A stretch of 64,000 bases of DNA from an uncultured Gemmatimonadota bacterium (GTDB taxonomy: Bacteria; Gemmatimonadota; Gemmatimonadetes; Palauibacterales; Palauibacteraceae), in assembly GCA_964480515.1 (NCBI GenBank), contig CAYZOT010000010.1, positions 32,634 through 96,633 of the forward strand, read 5' to 3'. The notes beneath the pieces were generated by a model, which had not been told where the DNA came from, searched no databases, and saw only the letters and a list, made by a program, of their open reading frames with translations. Below are positions 59,015 through 64,000 of the stretch, in pieces (within the stretch, counting starts at the first letter, position 1; the number at the start of each line of letters is the position of its first letter). The translations under genes were made by a program, and so were the position numbers.

Positions 59015-59785
59015 GTGCACATCCGGTTCATTCGCATAACCATCATGACGATCGTCAGTTTAACGCTCCATGTGCCCCTACAGGGCCAATCCATACTCCT
59101 TCGGTTGAATTCCGAAGAGGGGGTCGTGAATCAATACATGATGGGATTAGAAACGTTCATGGATATACCTATGATGCCGACTGATGGCCCTCTCATGAGA
59201 GGGCGCGTATATCAGACACAAACCATCCTGAGTTCGGACGGAGAGGTGTTTGAACTCCAGACCAAGACAGACTCAGCAGACATTTCGATGCCGATGTTGC
59301 AAGCGATGGGACAGACTATTCCAGACATCGCGGGACAGTCACAAACGATGAAAATGGATACTCAAGGTCGCATGATAGAGCTAATGCCATCTGCATCTGA
59401 AGTTCTCGATCTAGGGGCTGGCACCTGGTTCACACTCGAACTGCCTGAGAACCCAGTTAGTCCAGGAGAATCGTGGGATGCAAGTATTAATGTGGATGTA
59501 CCTACGGGGGTGGGGGGCTCCATGACCTTAGACATGAATATCACCTATACGCTTGTGAGCGTATCCGGCCACATCGCCTCAATTGATTTCGTCGGCCCAA
59601 TCACCATGGCTGGAAGTGCTCAGGGGATGGTGATGGATGGTACGGGAGGCTTATCTGGAACAATGATGTTCGACGTGGAAGGCAGACGAATCGAGCGTTC
59701 AGAGACCATCGTAAATCTGGACATGAGCGCGGCGGGCATGCTGATGGCGATGAATCAGTCCGTGACGATGCAGTTGCTCCACTGA
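59015..59785 (+). CDS. Methionine-rich secreted hypothetical protein.
   Basis: ORF 58817..59785. The probable start is GTG 59015 or ATG 59045, giving a signal-like HIRFIRITIMTIVSLTL. I counted about 26 Met in roughly 245 residues. I recognised no family. Confidence 0.4.
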   Translation: MHIRFIRITIMTIVSLTLHVPLQGQSILLRLNSEEGVVNQYMMGLETFMDIPMMPTDGPLMRGRVYQTQTILSSDGEVFELQTKTDSADISMPMLQAMGQTIPDIAGQSQTMKMDTQGRMIELMPSASEVLDLGAGTWFTLELPENPVSPGESWDASINVDVPTGVGGSMTLDMNITYTLVSVSGHIASIDFVGPITMAGSAQGMVMDGTGGLSGTMMFDVEGRRIERSETIVNLDMSAAGMLMAMNQSVTMQLLH

Positions 59786-59875
59786 CCTTGGGAAGTCACT
59801 GCGGCGGGACAAACTAACTGCTCAATCCCCTTCTCATAGCTACGATGCGTACGTATGAAAAACAGACCTTACACC

Positions 59876-61762
59876 TCAAAAGCGCTTGCGCATCGGCAGA
59901 TCAATGCGGGACGCATGCAATGGGCTGCGGTGGACAGCCCATTGGGGAACGCTACCATCTCGTGGGTAGCGAAGGAACGTGTCTGCGTCCGCCCCCCCCA
60001 CTGCGATCCGTATTCGGTGTCCTTCCCGAACTAGCACCGATGTTGCCCACAGATCGAAACGGATTTCCGCAATCTCACCTGGAACGAGTGGAAGGGCATC
60101 ATCTCGGAGTTCGCTTCGGTGGGGTCCGTATTTTCGGTACAGTGGTTCGGCTTCTGTAACCGCACGTATCACACCGCGCAATTGACCCTCGGTCACGTAG
60201 GTGACACGTCCGTTTGGAGCGACAATTTCCAGATAGACGATAAACGCAGCATCGGGTGTCCCTGAATCTACGAAAAGTGTCACGAGCGGGTGCCCAGTAA
60301 TTTCGACATCGGAAGACATAGGATCACTCGTGTAAGTAAGGAGCTTCCGGTCTTCTTCAGAACGATCAGGATACACGACATCGCCTGCCCCACCATTGGT
60401 GTACCAACGGTTGCGGACCCCGGTCGTCGCACTGAAATCAACCGTATACAGATCGTTGGCTCCGGAAACCATAGGGGTATCCACCCCCAGACCCCCGGCT
60501 TCCTTGAAATACCACGTCTTTGTTTCAAACCCATCGGGAGGCCATATCTCAGTCGTAGTCCAGTCTCCACTACCTAGTGTATAGTAGCTAATCTCCGTCG
60601 GCGTTTTCTCTGAACCTCCTTCCTTCAGATGGCTATCAAAAAAAAGCACCATCTCCGCAAATTGGTCTTCTGGATTGGGCTCGACAGGCTTTTCCTCGAG
60701 GTTGAACGGGTCTGCATCATTCTTCGCCCCGTGGTCCCAGGGCCCAATTAATACCTGCTGCGAGTTAGAGATCGTATTGAAGCGACCTAGGGCACCATTG
60801 ACCGTCCCTGCATCTTGCCACCCGACCCGAACAAACATTGCAACGCCCGAAGATTCGATCTGAGGTAGATGTCCAGATGTACTGCGCCGGTGTCCCACAT
60901 TTGTTTCACCGAATGGACCGAACGGATCATCTCTAAACTCATATTCGAGCGCGGCTTCGAAAGGCACGGTGTTCGCCTCATGCTCCGACACGGCGCTGGT
61001 GAGCAGCGAGTAATCCGTATCCGCATCTACCGGCTTCACCCCACTGATCTCCCTTAAGAGTTGCGCACAACTGGAGCCCTCGACTTCAGAAAGCGCGCAC
61101 ATATCGTTCAAGTCCATTAGACGGACACGGTTTGACCAATCCGCGAGGAACCCGACAGTCAAGATTCCTCCAGGGAAAATCAAATGGCCGAAGTTATCAA
61201 AGTCGTTGAAGAGCGGTGCGATCGCCTTCACAGCCGGATGTCCGTTAACAGCTAACATCTCAGCCGTATTCCCCGCATAGGAAACACCGTAGGCGCCCAC
61301 ACGACCGTTCGACCAGGGTTGGGCTATTATCCAATCTACGACTTCGCCGTAATCGCGGACTTCATCCTCAGCCATCTCAAAGCGCCGCATCCCAAACGAT
61401 GCACCACTGCCTCGAGCATCAACCAAAACGAGCACATAGCCTGCCGAGTTGAAGCGATGGGCCTCCTCAAAGTTGGATCGTTCGTCGATAGCAGCTCCTA
61501 TCCGATCTTGCGCTCGCCAGTAACGAGTGGCCCGAATTACGGTGGGGAGTTTCATACCCGGCTCAATCCCCTCCGGCAACCACACATCCACCGCGATTCT
61601 AACCCCATCCCGCATAGGTACGTAAATTGCTTGATTACGCGAGAGATCACTGCTTGTCGGCTCAGACTCGGAGCACCCACCGGCACACACGAGCATTAAT
61701 AAGATTGCCCCTGTAGCCCTCTTAGTGCCGGTTTTAGTTGAGGTCATGCCATGACTCACCAT
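59876..61762 (-). CDS. CocE/NonD-family hydrolase (S15 X-Pro dipeptidyl-peptidase-like alpha/beta hydrolase), probable lipoprotein.
   Basis: YGVSYAG nucleophile elbow and VLVDARGSGAS. N-terminal lipobox-like LVCAGGC. Confidence 0.7.
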   Translation of the reverse strand: MVSHGMTSTKTGTKRATGAILLMLVCAGGCSESEPTSSDLSRNQAIYVPMRDGVRIAVDVWLPEGIEPGMKLPTVIRATRYWRAQDRIGAAIDERSNFEEAHRFNSAGYVLVLVDARGSGASFGMRRFEMAEDEVRDYGEVVDWIIAQPWSNGRVGAYGVSYAGNTAEMLAVNGHPAVKAIAPLFNDFDNFGHLIFPGGILTVGFLADWSNRVRLMDLNDMCALSEVEGSSCAQLLREISGVKPVDADTDYSLLTSAVSEHEANTVPFEAALEYEFRDDPFGPFGETNVGHRRSTSGHLPQIESSGVAMFVRVGWQDAGTVNGALGRFNTISNSQQVLIGPWDHGAKNDADPFNLEEKPVEPNPEDQFAEMVLFFDSHLKEGGSEKTPTEISYYTLGSGDWTTTEIWPPDGFETKTWYFKEAGGLGVDTPMVSGANDLYTVDFSATTGVRNRWYTNGGAGDVVYPDRSEEDRKLLTYTSDPMSSDVEITGHPLVTLFVDSGTPDAAFIVYLEIVAPNGRVTYVTEGQLRGVIRAVTEAEPLYRKYGPHRSELRDDALPLVPGEIAEIRFDLWATSVLVREGHRIRIAVGGADADTFLRYPRDGSVPQWAVHRSPLHASRIDLPMRKRF

Positions 61763-63489
61763 GCAATAGCATGACCATCCCTCCGCGGATCCGACCCCCC
61801 TGCCAACGCTCCCGTTTCTGTGTCTTGGTAGACGGCCTGAACGCCACCTGGGTTACCCGGATCCGCCAAGTAATGTCCACGATCAGCTAGTTCAGCATAA
61901 ACGGACGGTGGAAAACCACCTTCAAGATACGTTACAGAGTCTTCCGGTATCGGCACACGACCCCCACCCCGGTTGACCAACATTCGCGGCGAAGCAATCG
62001 CAAGTTGTACGTCCATCTCCCCGGCCGTGAGCTTTGTGATTACCTGCCCGACTGTCTGTGGGATCGTGTACCCGCCTGCCGCTCCGACGGCCGCCACAAG
62101 TTTATCATCTTTCATTACGACACAGGGCGTCATCACACCCTTAGCCTTCTCTCCACCTTCGAGATAGTTCACATGTCCCTCTTCGAGGACGAACCCAAAT
62201 GTGTGTCCATTGTTAAGGAAGATTCCAGTGTCTCCCGCGATAACACCACTTCCATAGACACTCACGAGCGATTGTGTGAACGCGACCGCATTCCCCCAGC
62301 GATCTGCTGAAGAGAGACTGGTCGTTCCGAAGAACGGGAACGGATCCCCCGAGAAAGAAGCGACACGGGCGGGATCAATTTTCGCCCGTTGCTCGTCCGC
62401 ATAAGCCTTCGAAATGATCCGGTCGACTGGTATATCGGCTTTTTTGCCTGTGTTATACCGGTCATCATCAATAAGGGCGAGCTTGAAAGCTTCAAGCCAC
62501 AGATGTGCAAACTCAGATCCATACAGGTCCATGTTTGACAGGTCAAATCCATCCATAATGTTCAACACCTGGAACATCGTCATTCCACAAGATCCCGGTG
62601 GCATTGCATGGAGTGTGTGTCCCTGGAATGTCGTCGTAATTGGCTCGCGCCACTCTACTTCGTATTCCTCCAAGTCGGCTTTAGTAAGATGTCCTCCGTT
62701 TTCAGAAAGAAAACGCACAATTCGATCAGCCAGTTCGCCTTTATAAAAATCATCAGAACCCGCTCGTGCGAGATGACGCATACTGGCAGCAAGGTCAGGT
62801 TGCTTGATGATCTCACCCATACGTGGTGGGCGGCCATTCGGCATAAAGACAGCAGCTGTCGATGGAAACTGGGAAAGCTTGTCCGCACTCGACGACGTAT
62901 GCAGTTGATCAAACTTAGAGATCACGAAACCATCTTCTGCAAGCTGGATGGCGGGCTCGAATACATCTCCCAAACTCATCGTCCCGTACCGCTCGAGAGC
63001 AGCAGCCCACCCTTTGAACGCACCAGGAACAATTGGAGCTTTATAGCCCGCTTCAAAATCATCCAGTGTCATCGTCTTGTCGGAAGATGCGCTGGGACTG
63101 CGTCCCAGCGCATCTAACCCGACGACACGGCCTTCCTCAGCCAGATAGATCAGCATGAACCCGCCGAACCCACCAAGCCCCGACATGTATGGTTCGGAAA
63201 CGTTGAGTGTGGCCGCTGCCGCCACGATAGCATCGATCGCATTTCCGCCTTGCATCATGATCTGCGTACCAGCGAGCGAAGCATAGTAATCTGCTGCTGC
63301 GGTTACACCGCGACGGCCCCAAACGCTCTGGTGCGCCGTACCAAGCAAACCAGGGACATTCGCATCACCCGTCGGAGCCCACTCCCCGATTCCATCTGAA
63401 GTCACGCCCCCAGATTCACCTGAACCACATCCAAGGAGTGTCGAGCCTGCTGCTGCGGTAGAGGCGGCGAGAAAGTCACGTCTTTTCAT
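61756..63489 (-). CDS. ggt: Gamma-glutamyltransferase, Tat-exported.
   Basis: Twin-arginine signal MKRRDFLAAS followed by LLGCGSG. GGT core with nucleophile-region TTSLS. The start was taken at ATG 63489 rather than the ORF start at 63534. Confidence 0.75.
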   Translation of the reverse strand: MKRRDFLAASTAAAGSTLLGCGSGESGGVTSDGIGEWAPTGDANVPGLLGTAHQSVWGRRGVTAAADYYASLAGTQIMMQGGNAIDAIVAAAATLNVSEPYMSGLGGFGGFMLIYLAEEGRVVGLDALGRSPSASSDKTMTLDDFEAGYKAPIVPGAFKGWAAALERYGTMSLGDVFEPAIQLAEDGFVISKFDQLHTSSSADKLSQFPSTAAVFMPNGRPPRMGEIIKQPDLAASMRHLARAGSDDFYKGELADRIVRFLSENGGHLTKADLEEYEVEWREPITTTFQGHTLHAMPPGSCGMTMFQVLNIMDGFDLSNMDLYGSEFAHLWLEAFKLALIDDDRYNTGKKADIPVDRIISKAYADEQRAKIDPARVASFSGDPFPFFGTTSLSSADRWGNAVAFTQSLVSVYGSGVIAGDTGIFLNNGHTFGFVLEEGHVNYLEGGEKAKGVMTPCVVMKDDKLVAAVGAAGGYTIPQTVGQVITKLTAGEMDVQLAIASPRMLVNRGGGRVPIPEDSVTYLEGGFPPSVYAELADRGHYLADPGNPGGVQAVYQDTETGALAGGSDPRRDGHAIAW

Positions 63490-63670
63490 GGAGCTACTCC
63501 GGCAAAGGTGAGTCAGACCGGAATCGTAGCGCAAACGACCTTAATCACTCAAGGCCCCAAAAAAACAATGAATTCTTCCATGAGTACGAGGGGCTCCCTC
63601 TCGGCACCTGTCTTACGTTAACTTGGGGGGTGTCAATTTCGAGCTATGATGTCACTCACGGAGGTTCACA

Positions 63671-64000
63671 ATGCTACCCCGCCCAATTATAAGTCGTTGT
63701 ATATCTCGCTTACAGACTGCCCTCATTCTGGGACTGACGGCATTCGCCAATCCCGTCTTCGCAACCGCGCAGACGATATCCGGAGCAGCAGCCGAAGCCG
63801 TTTCCACACTAGAGTTTCGCGAAATAGGGCCAGCCATAATGGGGGGACGTGTCTCCGACATCGCTGTGGTTGAGAGTGATCCGCGGATCTTCTACGTGGG
63901 CCTCGGAGCCGGAGGTGTCTGGAAGACCATGAACGACGGAATGACTTGGGACCCGGTTTTCGACAGCCAGATTGCGCCATCAATTGGCGCCCTCGCCGTT
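63671..64000 (+). CDS. Partial (5' end only) secreted BNR/sortilin-Ycf48-like repeat protein. It continues beyond the window.
   Basis: ATG 63671 opens a signal peptide (MLPRPIISRCISRLQTALILGLTAFANPVFA). It is followed by GGRVSDIAV...DPRIFYVGLGAGGVWKTMNDGMTWDP, typical of BNR/Ycf48-like first blades. There is no stop before the window end. Confidence 0.45.
   Translation, partial: MLPRPIISRCISRLQTALILGLTAFANPVFATAQTISGAAAEAVSTLEFREIGPAIMGGRVSDIAVVESDPRIFYVGLGAGGVWKTMNDGMTWDPVFDSQIAPSIGALAV

Overview
This is a 64 kb chromosomal segment from a diderm (Gram-negative) bacterium; the lineage cannot be assigned from sequence alone. Diderm markers are LptD, Tol-Pal, a TonB-dependent receptor, LolA and Lnt. 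GC is moderate, roughly mid-50s percent by eye. Gene packing is extremely compact: many neighbouring genes overlap by 1-4 nt (ATGA/GTGA type) or sit 3-20 nt apart, and TTG/GTG starts are common. Almost everything from about 11.5 kb to 63.5 kb is on the minus strand and is core housekeeping, as follows.

- Menaquinone operon menF-menD-menB-menA-menE, carrying an unexpected HDAC-like gene and a class V aminotransferase.
- hemL and lnt.
- A long array of ftsK-lolA, accBC, efp, pepP and aroQ, with a ComB-like gene embedded.
- tatA, ispB-like, lptD, tatC and nrdR.
- A complete tolQRAB-pal-ybgF cluster.
- hemA plus a HemX-like gene, then ssb, rimI, tsaB, tsaE, uvrB and relA/spoT.

The plus-strand left end (0.5-11.5 kb) is the least ordinary part.

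- It holds a tightly packed locus of four secreted beta-propeller proteins.
- Two of these are about 800-aa tandem paralogs, each an N-terminal seven-repeat FG-GAP-type propeller fused to a cysteine-rich LVIVD / choice-of-anchor-B-like C-terminal propeller.
- They flank a YVTN-type propeller and a lipoprotein with ten calcium-binding DxDxDGDxD FG-GAP/VCBS repeats.
- A sulfate-activation operon (cysQ-cysC-sat) follows.

Other points of note.

- A methionine-rich (about 10% Met) secreted hypothetical protein.
- A Tat-exported gamma-glutamyltransferase plus CocE/NonD lipoprotein hydrolase pair.
- Several 8-9 nt G/C homopolymer tracts inside coding regions.
- A few hairpins and inverted repeats at gene junctions.

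I did not recognise any rRNA, tRNA, CRISPR, transposase, integrase or obvious defence-system genes. I therefore cannot point to a defined novel system with confidence. The beta-propeller locus and the Met-rich protein are the best candidates for undescribed biology.
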